From a virus (lineage: Duplodnaviria; Caudoviricetes): DNA of 57,205 nucleotides. The stretch lies in the IMG/VR virus record IMGVR_UViG_3300009151_000084, positions 1 through 57,205 of that record; one strand, 5' to 3'. The stretch's first letter is position 1. The number at the start of each line of letters is the position of its first letter. The translations under genes were made by a program, and so were the position numbers. Of this stretch, positions 17,645-26,349 are shown piece after piece. A model generated the notes under the pieces. It was not told where the DNA came from and searched no databases. It saw nothing but the letters and a program-made list of their open reading frames with translations.

Positions 17645-19116
17645 CATTCGATATTGATGAGAGATTAAGAGACTATCAGCGCGACGGGTTAGACAGTTTG
17701 AGAGAGGGGATTAAGCAGGGTCACAGAGCACAGTTGTTGTACGCCCCTACGGGGGCGGGCAAGACTGAGATTGCTATTGCCCTGATGGAATACTCGCGTC
17801 GCATGGGACGTCGCTCTGCGATGATTATGGATCGTATCGTGCTGTGCAACCAGACCTCCACCCGTCTGGACAGCTACGGCATCGAGCATGGGGTGTTGCA
17901 GGCTAGTCACTGGCGGTACCGTCCTACGGAGCGGATTCAGGTGTGCTCGGCGCAAACCTTAGAGAAGCGGAAGAGCTTCCCCGGTCTCGATCTTCTGATC
18001 GTCGACGAAGCGCACCAGATCCGCAAGGCGACAGCCAAGTTCATCGACGCGCACCCATCGATCAAAGTGATCGGTCTGAGCGCCACGCCTTTTACCAAGG
18101 GCTTGGGTAACGTCTTCACCAACGTCGTCAACACCGTCACCACAAAGGATCTAGTCGACACTGGCATGCTTGTTCCACTGAAGGTGTTCATTGCTCGCGA
18201 GATCGACATGACTGGCGCCAAAAAGATAGCAGGCGAATGGTCAGACGCAGAAGCAACTGAGCGTGGCATCAAGATTACTGGCGACGTTGTGAATGAGTGG
18301 ATCAAGAAGACGCACGAGATCTACGGTTGTGCTCGCAAGACAATCGTGTTTGCAGCATCAGTTGCTCATGGTGCTGACCTTGCATCGAAGTTCAACGAGG
18401 CAGGCTACAACTTCGTGCCGATTTCCTACATGGATACTGACGAGTACAAGAAGGAAGTGTTCGAGGACTTTGCCAAGCCTGACACGCGCATCAATGGATT
18501 AATTGCGGTGGACATCCTGACCAAAGGCTTTGACGTGCCTGACGTCTGCATAGGCATCTCAGCGCGACCATTCTCGAAGTCGTTGTCGTCGCACATTCAA
18601 CAGATGGGGCGCGTGATGCGCATGCACCCCTCGAAAGACTTTGCGGTCTGGATCGACCACGGCGGCAATTACGTTCGGTTCCGTGAGGACTGGGATTCAA
18701 TCTACGCCGAGGGCGCAGGCGATCTCGATGACGGTCGTGAGAAGCCAAAGAAGGAGCCGACAGTCAAAGAGAAAGAGGCGGCTAAGTGCCCACGCTGCGG
18801 CAGTATCTGGGGTAACTCTGACATCTGCTCGCATTGTGGGTTCAAGCGTGAGCGCCGCGGCAACATCATCGAGAAGGTCGGCGAGCTCGTAGAGTTAGAA
18901 GGTAAGACAGTCAGCAAGGTTGACAAGCAGACGTTCTACTCTGAGCTCCTGTACATGGTTAAGAACCGTGGCTACAAAGAGGGTTGGGCTGCGTGGAAGT
19001 ACAAAGAAAAGTTCGGCGTGTTTCCGCGGGCGTTAGAGAAGACGGAACGTATACCTTCTCTGCAGACTCTTAACTGGCTCAAGTCAAAAGCGATCGCATT
19101 CGCAAGGCGGGCATGA
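17641..19116 (+). CDS. Superfamily 2 DEAH helicase (RadD/YejH-like) with Zn ribbon
   Basis: LRDYQ, APTGAGKT, IVDEAH, GLSATP, GFDVP, QQMGRVMR, CPRC...CSHC. Confidence 0.9.
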   Translation: MTFDIDERLRDYQRDGLDSLREGIKQGHRAQLLYAPTGAGKTEIAIALMEYSRRMGRRSAMIMDRIVLCNQTSTRLDSYGIEHGVLQASHWRYRPTERIQVCSAQTLEKRKSFPGLDLLIVDEAHQIRKATAKFIDAHPSIKVIGLSATPFTKGLGNVFTNVVNTVTTKDLVDTGMLVPLKVFIAREIDMTGAKKIAGEWSDAEATERGIKITGDVVNEWIKKTHEIYGCARKTIVFAASVAHGADLASKFNEAGYNFVPISYMDTDEYKKEVFEDFAKPDTRINGLIAVDILTKGFDVPDVCIGISARPFSKSLSSHIQQMGRVMRMHPSKDFAVWIDHGGNYVRFREDWDSIYAEGAGDLDDGREKPKKEPTVKEKEAAKCPRCGSIWGNSDICSHCGFKRERRGNIIEKVGELVELEGKTVSKVDKQTFYSELLYMVKNRGYKEGWAAWKYKEKFGVFPRALEKTERIPSLQTLNWLKSKAIAFARRA

Positions 19117-19913
19117 TGGAATTCATCGACTTTCTCCGTGCGCATGGGTTGATTGTGAACGACATCGATGTCGGTCGTTGGGTGAGGGTGCCCACGGTCG
19201 ACCACCCTCGTTCGCGCAACGGCGCCTACAAGTTTATGGGCGACGTGGGCTTCGTCCAAAACTGGGCTGAGCAGATCGAAGTAAGTGTCTGGAAGCCTGA
19301 GCGCGACAGCGAAATCAAGATTGACCAAAAGGCTGTACTTCAGAAGGTGACCGAGGAAGACCGTAAACGGGCTCAGGAGCGTCGCAAGGCGGCGGACAAG
19401 GCTAAACGTATCCTCGAGGCTTCCACGCTCGCTGAGCACCCATATTTGAAGCGCAAGGGGTTCGAGACGATGTTGGGTAACGTCTGGAACGATATCCTGC
19501 TGATCCCAATGCGTGTTGGTAACGGGTTAGTCGGAGTCCAGTTGATCGATGAAGCAGGTCAGAAGAAGTTCCTGACGGGGCAGAAGACGAGCGATGCGTG
19601 CTTTGTGATGGGGCAGGGGGCACCGATTTACTGTGAGGGTTATGCGACTGGCTTGTCGATCATGAAGGCTATTACTGCAGGCAAGATGCGCAAGAGCGTT
19701 GTTGTTTGCTTCTCTGCAGGCAACATGCAGAAGCTTGCGAATGATCCCCGCGGCATGGTCGTCGCTGACAACGATAAGTCACTAACAGGCGAGCGCGTAG
19801 CAAAGGCGACTGGGCTCAAGTATTGGATGAGCGATTCAGTTGGCGAGGACTTCAACGACTTTCAACTCCGTGTCGGTCTGTTCAAATCGCTTCAAGCTCT
19901 GAAGGGGTTCTGA
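19113..19913 (+). CDS. Toprim-domain primase
   Basis: HPYLKRKG, Q.IDEAGQKKFL.G, CEGYATG, ADND, DFND motifs. Confidence 0.85.
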   Translation: MMEFIDFLRAHGLIVNDIDVGRWVRVPTVDHPRSRNGAYKFMGDVGFVQNWAEQIEVSVWKPERDSEIKIDQKAVLQKVTEEDRKRAQERRKAADKAKRILEASTLAEHPYLKRKGFETMLGNVWNDILLIPMRVGNGLVGVQLIDEAGQKKFLTGQKTSDACFVMGQGAPIYCEGYATGLSIMKAITAGKMRKSVVVCFSAGNMQKLANDPRGMVVADNDKSLTGERVAKATGLKYWMSDSVGEDFNDFQLRVGLFKSLQALKGF

Positions 19914-20122
19914 TGCGAGGCGACTTTGATTGGTCAGAAGAGTACAGGCACCAGTGCTTGGTCAGGTACGTCATCAAGATGCGACGCTCTGACAGGAAAG
20001 AAGCTCTGGCATTTTTAAACAGGTGGGAGCAGAAACACAAGAACACAAAACTAGAGGACGACGTTCGCATTCAGTGGTCAAGAGGTAACCGAGGTGTTCA
20101 CAACGATTGGAGATTGGTATGA
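19913..20122 (+). CDS. Hypothetical protein
   Basis: ATG overlaps the primase stop; SEEYRHQCLVRY...QWSRGNRG. Confidence 0.6.
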   Translation: MRGDFDWSEEYRHQCLVRYVIKMRRSDRKEALAFLNRWEQKHKNTKLEDDVRIQWSRGNRGVHNDWRLV

Positions 20123-20400
20123 GTACAACAATGAGTGATTTTCAGAAGTCATTTTTATCGCGTGGTGGTATGACCGTCTACACGCAAAAGGAGTTTGACG
20201 CGCACTTAGCAAAAGCGCAGGCGCAGATTATGCAAGTAGCAATTGACACGACTAAGACAGCGATTGTCATTGAGAGAGAAGAGTGCGCCAAGATTGTCGA
20301 TGAGATGCGCAAAGAGATGGAGAGCCCTGATATGCCGATGGTGATGGATATTGCGCTCGCAAATCTTGCAGAGAAAATTCGTAACAGGCTGAAGAAATGA
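20119..20400 (+). CDS. Hypothetical protein
   Basis: EREECAKI...A.KIRNR motif common in phage small proteins; start may be 20107 or 20119. Confidence 0.6.
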   Translation: MSTTMSDFQKSFLSRGGMTVYTQKEFDAHLAKAQAQIMQVAIDTTKTAIVIEREECAKIVDEMRKEMESPDMPMVMDIALANLAEKIRNRLKK

Positions 20401-20858
20401 TTTGGATCGGCATTGACCCGGGGGCAATCTCGGGCGCCTACGCCGCCATCAACCACAGCGGCGAGCTAATCGGCTGCGGCGACATCCCGAGCGTGGACGG
20501 TCGCGTCAATGCCTCTCAGTTGCGCTACCTGATCAAGTCATGCGTGAGCACGTTTGACACCGCGATGATTGCGGTAGAGAGCGTTCACAGTATGCCCAAG
20601 CAGGGTATTGCATCGACAGCAAAATTTATGCGTGCCGTAGGTGCGATTGAGGCGACGGCTGAGCTCACGCACTATCCGTTTGTTTTAGTAACACCGCAGG
20701 CTTGGAAGAAGTTTCACGGTCTCATTGGAACGGAGAAATCTGCAAGTCTCGAGCTTGCGCGATCGATGTTCCCAGAGGCTTCACTCAAACGCCAGAAGGA
20801 TCATGGCAGGGCTGACGCTTTGCTGATGGCTGTATGGCTCAAGGAGCAATACGAATGA
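20397..20858 (+). CDS. RuvC-like Holliday junction resolvase
   Basis: IGIDPG, VE.V, TPQAWKK, DHGRADALL. Confidence 0.85.
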   Translation: MIWIGIDPGAISGAYAAINHSGELIGCGDIPSVDGRVNASQLRYLIKSCVSTFDTAMIAVESVHSMPKQGIASTAKFMRAVGAIEATAELTHYPFVLVTPQAWKKFHGLIGTEKSASLELARSMFPEASLKRQKDHGRADALLMAVWLKEQYE

Positions 20859-21040
20859 TTTTTACTGTCTATTGCGATATATGCAAACTTTTGAGGGGCG
20901 GCTCATCAAAGGTTGATCATACAAAATGCGGCGAAATACTTAGAGCACAAAGGGTTGAAAAAAGACCATTAAAAGTTAGTCGAGCATATTTAAACGAAAG
21001 AAAGTTAACCGCATTTTTAAAGGTTGTGGCAGATGAATAA
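20855..21040 (+). CDS. Hypothetical protein (CxxC...HxxC)
   Basis: ATG overlaps the resolvase stop; CDIC and HTKC. Confidence 0.55.
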   Translation: MIFTVYCDICKLLRGGSSKVDHTKCGEILRAQRVEKRPLKVSRAYLNERKLTAFLKVVADE

Positions 21041-21188
21041 CGAAGATTTGATAGACCTATTCGCAGCATTTGCAATGTTTACTTGCACAGGCAACGAGGG
21101 TGATTACGAAGCTGATGCAAAAGCTTGCTATGACGCAGCAGAAGCAATGATGAAAGAAAGGGAGCGCCGCAATGAGCAGAACAATTGA
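21033..21188 (+). CDS. Hypothetical protein (51 aa); not in ORF track
   Basis: DLFAAFAM...A..CY..AEAMMKER pattern typical of small phage genes. Confidence 0.6.
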   Translation: MNNEDLIDLFAAFAMFTCTGNEGDYEADAKACYDAAEAMMKERERRNEQNN

Positions 21189-21504
21189 TCCCCACGAGGC
21201 TATCGATTACATCATTAAGAACGCAGGCAAGTTTGCCAACGCTCGCGCTGAGCGTGTTTACATCGAAGAGTACAGAAAATCATTGAAGGCGTTGCTCATG
21301 CAGCGCTCAGGGCAGAAAGTGATCGCAGCACAGGAGCGCGACGCTTATGCTCACGAGGAGTACGCAGCGCTCTTAGCGGGGCTCAGGGAGGCTGTAGAGG
21401 TCGAAGAGAAGCTGCGGTGGGATCTGATCGCTGCACAGGCAAGGATCGAGGTCTGGCGCTCGCAAGAGGCTACCAACAGGACACAGGACAAACTAGCGCT
21501 ATGA
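21172..21504 (+). CDS. Conserved helical hypothetical protein
   Basis: GGGAG RBS; AAQERDAYA.EEY...IEVWRSQEA.NR. Confidence 0.7.
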   Translation: MSRTIDPHEAIDYIIKNAGKFANARAERVYIEEYRKSLKALLMQRSGQKVIAAQERDAYAHEEYAALLAGLREAVEVEEKLRWDLIAAQARIEVWRSQEATNRTQDKLAL

Positions 21505-21761
21505 ACAACAAACTGACGACTAGACAGCGAGCGCACATAGGACAGGTCAAGGAGCTGCCATGCAGTGTCTGCGACGCCCCTCCACCTTCTGATGCGCATC
21601 ACATTAAACAGCACAGGCAGTACACCTGCGTCGCCCTGTGCAAGGACTGTCACCAAGGCTCTGTCATGGGTTGGCATGGGCAAAAGAGAATGTGGGCAAT
21701 TAAGAAGATGGACGAGCTCGACGCCTTAAACATCACGATTGAGAGATTATTAAATGGCTGA
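21501..21761 (+). CDS. HNH-type nuclease, Ref (recombination enhancement)-like
   Basis: LPCSVC...AHHI...LCKDCHQG...GWHG. Confidence 0.75.
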   Translation: MNNKLTTRQRAHIGQVKELPCSVCDAPPPSDAHHIKQHRQYTCVALCKDCHQGSVMGWHGQKRMWAIKKMDELDALNITIERLLNG

Positions 21762-21987
21762 TTTACTTGGCGATGAAGAGTTTGACTGGCAAAAAGAATG
21801 GCAGGGCATGCCAGAGTTCGTTCAGGATGACATGAAGGCTATCAGTTCGATAGTGGTTAACTTCCTGACCGTCGAGGATATGAATGCATTCAGTGAGCTG
21901 ATCGGTAAACGAATCACGTTCACAACGAAGAGCGTGCTGTTCCCTGTTCAGCAAACCGCCAAAAAGATATACGTCGATGAATCCTGA
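21754..21987 (+). CDS. Small protein coupled to the glycosyltransferase gene
   Basis: WQKEWQGMPEF.Q motif; overlaps the start of the next gene. Confidence 0.7.
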   Translation: MADLLGDEEFDWQKEWQGMPEFVQDDMKAISSIVVNFLTVEDMNAFSELIGKRITFTTKSVLFPVQQTAKKIYVDES

Positions 21988-22807
21988 ACATCCTGTTTAC
22001 ATCGTATCAAAGGGAAGGTGGGAGAGCAGGCTCACGAGCAAAGCATTAGAGCGAATGGGCGTGCCCTACAGAATCGTGATCGAGCCGCAAGAGTACGACG
22101 AGTACGCCGCGGTGATCGACCCGCAAAAGATCCTCGTATTGCCCTTCAGCAGTCTAGGCATGGGTTCCACGCCTGCCCGCAACTGGATCTGGGAGCACGC
22201 GGTCTCTGAAGGTGCGACATGGCACTGGATCCTCGATGACAACATTAATGGCTTTGTGAGGCTCAATCGCAACGAGCGGGTGCCTGTGTACTCAGGATCC
22301 ATTTTTAAAGCGACTGAGGACTTCGTAGGGCGTTATGAGAACGTCGCGCAGGCAGGGTTCGAGTATCGATTCTTTGCAGGAGGTAATCGACGCAAGAAGC
22401 CCGCGTTCAGGCTGAACACGAGGATCTTCAGTTGCATCTTGATGCGCAACGATATCCCGCACAGGTGGACGCAGAAGTACAACGAAGACCTAGACCTCTC
22501 GCTCAGGATCCTGAAGGATGGTTGGTGTACGGTGATGTTTCACGCCTTCCTGCAGAACAAAGCCGCCACACAGAGCGTTAAGGGGGGCAACACTGAGGAT
22601 CTGTACGGCGACGGCACTCTCGAGAAGTCTAAAGCTATCGTGCAAGCCCACCCAGACATGGCGAGTCTAGTCTGGCGCTATGACAGGTGGCACCATCAAG
22701 TCGATTTCGACGTGTTCAGGCGCAATATTCTGAGGCGTAGACCCGAGCTCGAGCTCCCTGAAGGGGTCAACGAATACGGCATGAAGCTCATTAGGGTAAA
22801 CACCTAG
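21977..22807 (+). CDS. GT-A glycosyltransferase, GREB1/TET-associated (TAGT)-like
   Basis: PVYIVSKGR, IEPQEYDEY, ARNWIWEHA, HWILDDNI, NEDLDLSLR, GGNT, RWHHQVD. Confidence 0.75.
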   Translation: MNPEHPVYIVSKGRWESRLTSKALERMGVPYRIVIEPQEYDEYAAVIDPQKILVLPFSSLGMGSTPARNWIWEHAVSEGATWHWILDDNINGFVRLNRNERVPVYSGSIFKATEDFVGRYENVAQAGFEYRFFAGGNRRKKPAFRLNTRIFSCILMRNDIPHRWTQKYNEDLDLSLRILKDGWCTVMFHAFLQNKAATQSVKGGNTEDLYGDGTLEKSKAIVQAHPDMASLVWRYDRWHHQVDFDVFRRNILRRRPELELPEGVNEYGMKLIRVNT

Positions 22808-22868
22808 TAATTATTTTTATTTATTTTGCACAAACCGTTTGACAAAGCATAATCGTTAAGATTACATT
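22792..22868 (+). promoter_or_regulatory. Promoter: TAGG..CCTA palindrome, AT-rich tract, TTGACA-18-TACATT
   Basis: TAGGGTAAACACCTA 22792-22806; TTGACA 22839-22844; TACATT 22863-22868. Confidence 0.65.
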
Positions 22869-22913
22869 AACGGTACTGACAGCGAGTCAGGACAAACTTA
22901 CAGAGAGATACAC

Positions 22914-23210
22914 ATGAACCCAAACGACATCGCCCTCTTAGAAGTTGACCAGTTAGGTCTTCTCTTGGCTCAAATTGCTGAGCTGACCAAGCAAGCCGAC
23001 AAGATCAAAGACGACATCAAAGATGTTGCCACCCTGCTTAACGGCGACAAAGTGATCGCAGGCAATTTGTTCAAAGCCACCGTGGTCGAATCTAACCGCA
23101 ACACTGTTGATTACAAAAAGCTGTGCGCCGACCTTGGCGTGACTTCAGCGCAGTTGGCTATCTACACCAAGGTCACCGCCGTCTACGCCGTCAAGGTCAC
23201 CTCACGTTAA
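22914..23210 (+). CDS. Hypothetical accessory protein
   Basis: GAGAG RBS; VDQLG.L.AQIAEL...G.LFKATV...VDYKKL. Confidence 0.75.
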   Translation: MNPNDIALLEVDQLGLLLAQIAELTKQADKIKDDIKDVATLLNGDKVIAGNLFKATVVESNRNTVDYKKLCADLGVTSAQLAIYTKVTAVYAVKVTSR

Positions 23211-23243
23211 CCCAACCGCCCCCTCGGGGGCTCGGAGAGCACC

Positions 23244-23459
23244 ATGAATGCATTTGTCGGAAAGCTGAACCCAAACATCTACGCAGAAGAGCAAATTGTT
23301 TTTACTGACGATCAGATCGCTGAGCAGCAATTAATACGCACTACTCAGCACGCGCACAACCTGTTTTCAGTAGTGATGCAATTGATGCAGGGCGCCAACC
23401 CAGATTCAATCGCATACCAAAACGCACGCAACGTCTTAAACAAAATCAAGCACGGATAA
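23244..23459 (+). CDS. Hypothetical cassette protein
   Basis: Starts at the ATG of repeat A1. Confidence 0.7.
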   Translation: MNAFVGKLNPNIYAEEQIVFTDDQIAEQQLIRTTQHAHNLFSVVMQLMQGANPDSIAYQNARNVLNKIKHG

Positions 23460-23491
23460 TCAACTGCCCCTTCGGGGGCTTGGAGAACAGC

Positions 23492-23665
23492 ATGACCAAA
23501 TCACTTCAGAATTTTTATAACGCATACGTCGAACATTTTGAAACGGACGATGAGGGTTTTCAAACCCTTGTTAAAGCCATCAAAAAAGGTGAATACGATA
23601 GGGTAAACCAAACAATGTTAAGCGCCTACCTTCTCTGGCTCGACGCTAGTAAATCAAAAAATTAA
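23492..23665 (+). CDS. Hypothetical cassette protein
   Basis: Starts at the ATG of repeat A2. Confidence 0.65.
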   Translation: MTKSLQNFYNAYVEHFETDDEGFQTLVKAIKKGEYDRVNQTMLSAYLLWLDASKSKN

Positions 23666-23698
23666 ATTAACCGCCCCCTCGGGGGTTCGGAGAACAGC

Positions 23699-23881
23699 AT
23701 GGAAATCAAATTTTGCAAAGACTGCCAACACCTGAAGGGCGAGTATTGCACCCGCCCAGACGGCATCTCGCTCGTGACTGGCGAGCTCAAGTTTATCCGC
23801 CGCTCTGCTGAGTCAGAGCGCAGCTACGACGCCACAGGTTGTGGCACCACTGCACGTTATTTCACTCTCAAACAAATCTAA
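23699..23881 (+). CDS. Cys-containing hypothetical cassette protein
   Basis: CKDCQH...C...CG..ARYF; starts at the ATG of repeat A3. Confidence 0.7.
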   Translation: MEIKFCKDCQHLKGEYCTRPDGISLVTGELKFIRRSAESERSYDATGCGTTARYFTLKQI

Positions 23882-23914
23882 TCAACCGCCCCTTTGGGGG
23901 CTAAGGAACCTGAA

Positions 23915-24211
23915 ATGAACACAGTAAAAATCTGGGTAAGCAAGCTTGGTCTTGAGCGCATCAACGTGTCTGACCTGAGCGATCCTGAAAACAGCGAGTG
24001 GTTTTTGTTTACGAACACCGACATGAGCGACTGCGGATATACGCAAGTTGGTACAGGCGTCGTCGAGTGTTCTTTCTACACTCGCGACGAGATCCAACAG
24101 GGCGCCATCAACTCGCTTAAATCTCAAGTGCAGCAAGTTCGCGCTAAGGCTGAGAACGAAGTTATGAGACTGCAAGAACAAATCAGCCAGTTGTTGGCAA
24201 TCACCGCTTAA
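23915..24211 (+). CDS. Hypothetical cassette protein
   Basis: Starts at the ATG of repeat A4; C-terminal coiled coil. Confidence 0.7.
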   Translation: MNTVKIWVSKLGLERINVSDLSDPENSEWFLFTNTDMSDCGYTQVGTGVVECSFYTRDEIQQGAINSLKSQVQQVRAKAENEVMRLQEQISQLLAITA

Positions 24212-24245
24212 TCAACCGCCCCCTCCGGGGGGCTCAGGATGAATC

Positions 24246-24362
24246 ATGAAAACAGTAAACGATGAGGGTTTGAAAGAAATCCGTGGCGCACTTGCTGCGT
24301 TGCAAACAGGTGCGGCGATTGATGTAGTCGCTGCGATTCAAATGTTGAGGGGGTTGGAATGA
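24246..24362 (+). CDS. Small cassette protein (38 aa); not in ORF track
   Basis: Starts at the ATG of repeat A5; stop overlaps the next ATG. Confidence 0.55.
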   Translation: MKTVNDEGLKEIRGALAALQTGAAIDVVAAIQMLRGLE

Positions 24363-24571
24363 GCAAAGAACGTGACGATGCTTTTGAAACATGGTGGAAG
24401 ATTGAAGATGATGAGTTGCCGTGGTTTATTAAGTTGCGTGATGATGTCCGCAAAAAAGATGCCAAGCGCATATGGGATGCGGCGTTTAAAGAAGGTGGTC
24501 GTATGCCTTGGTGGTCAATCAATCAAGAGCAATGGGCGGTGCTAAACAAAAAACTTGGGGGTGAGAAATGA
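24359..24571 (+). CDS. Hypothetical protein
   Basis: FETWW...IWDAA motif; ATGA-coupled. Confidence 0.6.
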   Translation: MSKERDDAFETWWKIEDDELPWFIKLRDDVRKKDAKRIWDAAFKEGGRMPWWSINQEQWAVLNKKLGGEK

Positions 24572-25173
24572 ACGCTTTAGAGATGGCATTAGAAGCTCTG
24601 ACAAACCCAAGCACAATTGCGGTCAGCCACGCTATTGAGTTGATACGGGCAGAGTTAGCCAACCAAACTCCAAACATTGAGGACTCATCGCAGGACTGGG
24701 CAAAACTTGACGGTGCTGTGGCTTGGCATTTAATCGAACGTCACGCTGAAAACTGGGCTGATGTTGGCAAAATGATGGATGAATATGTAGCGTCTAAGTT
24801 AGCCAAGCCTGAGCAAGAGCCTGTTGCTTATATTTACAATGGTGATTTGCATTGGTGTGAGGATGTTAGTACCAATGACGCTGCGGCAATTGAGGGGCAA
24901 GGTTTATACACCGCACCATCACGCAAGCCTGAGCAAGATATTAATATTTTACATATTGGCACGGATGTAATCGAAGAAGGTATGCGCCTAATTGTTAGAA
25001 GGGGTAATGAAATTATTCACTCACAATTTTATGAATCACCCAAACGTCAATGGGTCGGGCTGACGGATGATGAAATCAACAACTTTGATAAAAAGCTGCG
25101 AGATAACGGCGACTATTGCTCCCTACATTTTGCATGGGGTATTTCAGCCAAACTAAAGGAGAAGAACACATGA
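24568..25173 (+). CDS. Mosaic hypothetical protein (QEPVA / LYTAP / WVGLTDDE family)
   Basis: Carries these short motifs, which are common in proteobacterial phage accessory genes. Confidence 0.7.
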   Translation: MNALEMALEALTNPSTIAVSHAIELIRAELANQTPNIEDSSQDWAKLDGAVAWHLIERHAENWADVGKMMDEYVASKLAKPEQEPVAYIYNGDLHWCEDVSTNDAAAIEGQGLYTAPSRKPEQDINILHIGTDVIEEGMRLIVRRGNEIIHSQFYESPKRQWVGLTDDEINNFDKKLRDNGDYCSLHFAWGISAKLKEKNT

Positions 25174-25394
25174 ATTGTGAAATTGCAATAAATTTAAATG
25201 GCGTGGTTGTTGAAGTAACCGCCAATCCCGGAAGAATCAATTTTACGAAGGGTGAGCAATTTGAAACAGAGATGGCAAACAGGCAAAAAGTAATTTCAGG
25301 TGACGGGTTTAACACCATGACTACAGCAGAAAATCGTCGCCAGTGGATGCACCGCAAACTGGATGCGTGGATTGATGGAGAAGACAATGCCTAA
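25170..25394 (+). CDS. Hypothetical protein
   Basis: AAGGAG RBS; ATGA overlap with the previous gene. Confidence 0.6.
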   Translation: MNCEIAINLNGVVVEVTANPGRINFTKGEQFETEMANRQKVISGDGFNTMTTAENRRQWMHRKLDAWIDGEDNA

Positions 25395-25629
25395 GCTACC
25401 CTACACCTACACAATCGTGCCGCCCAACGACCCGCCTGAGCCCAAATTCACAGCAAGCTGTGGTGAGATAGGTAGGTTGCTGATGAGCAGCCCTAACGGT
25501 GATTTGACGATCAATCAAAAGCAGATGAGCCTGTGGGACTCGTGGACACGTTCTGTTGGCGCCACGCATGTTGAGGTTAAGCAGTGTCGAGATAAGCGAA
25601 TTGAGGAGAAGAGCAATGAGCAACCGTGA
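25387..25629 (+). CDS. Hypothetical protein
   Basis: GGAG RBS before the ATG at 25387. Confidence 0.55.
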   Translation: MPKLPYTYTIVPPNDPPEPKFTASCGEIGRLLMSSPNGDLTINQKQMSLWDSWTRSVGATHVEVKQCRDKRIEEKSNEQP

Positions 25630-25807
25630 CAAGGAGTTCCGTAAGTGGTACGACGCACGCACGGGCACAAAACACGAGTCGTTTGCGTACGACGCTTGGT
25701 GCGCGGCGTGGGATGCTGCAAGAGTGGAAGAGCCCTGTCACTGTACTAATCCGATATTGTGTGACTTGAACGACAGGTGCATGCGAGCAAATGAATATCC
25801 CCGCTGA
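25616..25807 (+). CDS. Hypothetical protein
   Basis: GAGGAG RBS; F.KWY...AW.AAWDAA plus Cys cluster. Confidence 0.6.
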   Translation: MSNRDKEFRKWYDARTGTKHESFAYDAWCAAWDAARVEEPCHCTNPILCDLNDRCMRANEYPR

Positions 25808-25879
25808 CTTACCGACGTGGATGTTGTGGTTTTACGGCGCATGGTGCGCACTCTTACTGTTTTTTAAATGGTGGTTTAA

Positions 25880-26080
25880 ATGAAAGAAGTAACAATGCTG
25901 TCTGGCTTCACAAACAAGACCGAAGCGCTCCATCACCAGAACTCGCTCGGAGAGAAGGCGGTGCTCGTGAACGTCGTCAATCACGGTGGGCTCCCTGTCA
26001 CCCCGATCGGTTATTTCACGCTCAGTCAGGACGCCATCAATCTGCTGCAGGCGACGCTAAACGATGCAGGTGAGGAATGA
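25880..26080 (+). CDS. Hypothetical protein
   Basis: 66 aa ORF in operon context. Confidence 0.55.
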   Translation: MKEVTMLSGFTNKTEALHHQNSLGEKAVLVNVVNHGGLPVTPIGYFTLSQDAINLLQATLNDAGEE

Positions 26081-26241
26081 GTATCAGAAAGGCTGCAGAG
26101 GCGCTTGTAGGGGCTCTAAACGGCTCTGATAAGGATGCTATAGCCAAGGCGAAGGCGGAACTTGAGCGCGAGCTCGGGAAAAGGGAGGAGTTGTGGCTCA
26201 AGCGGCTGTTCGCCGAGGATCCTGAAAAGAAAATATATTAG
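26077..26241 (+). CDS. Hypothetical protein (54 aa); not in ORF track
   Basis: MSIRKAAEALVGALNG...; ATGA overlap; GGTGAGG upstream. Confidence 0.55.
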   Translation: MSIRKAAEALVGALNGSDKDAIAKAKAELERELGKREELWLKRLFAEDPEKKIY

Positions 26242-26349
26242 GGAAACCCCTAGTATAAATAAATGATTCGTTTGCGCAAAGTTAACGAATCATGCTATAA
26301 ATACACCACTGCAACCGCAGAACAGCGAAACTTACAAGGAACGAAAATG
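26238..26349 (+). promoter_or_regulatory. Promoter-leader module copy 1
   Basis: TAGGGAAACCCCTA; TTGCGC-18-TATAAA with extended TG; GTTAAC in the spacer; leader nearly identical to 28117-28156. Confidence 0.7.

Larger units (their letters stand above)
23213..24248 (+). repeat. Intergenic repeat family A, 5 copies: CAACCGCCCC(C/T)TCGGGGGCT-GGAG-N-ATG
   Basis: Copies at 23213-23246, 23461-23494, 23668-23701, 23882-23917 and 24212-24248; each spans the gap from one stop codon to the next ATG. Confidence 0.9.

Noticed and set aside
23213-24248. Repeat array as CRISPR
   Set aside because: Spacers are 170-300 bp protein-coding genes, the repeats contain RBS and ATG, and no cas genes are present.
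26263-26346. Upstream extensions of ORFs in the track (2024, 23894, 26263, 28076, 30644)
   Set aside because: They run through promoters, repeats or other genes; downstream ATGs fit RBS or overlap patterns better.
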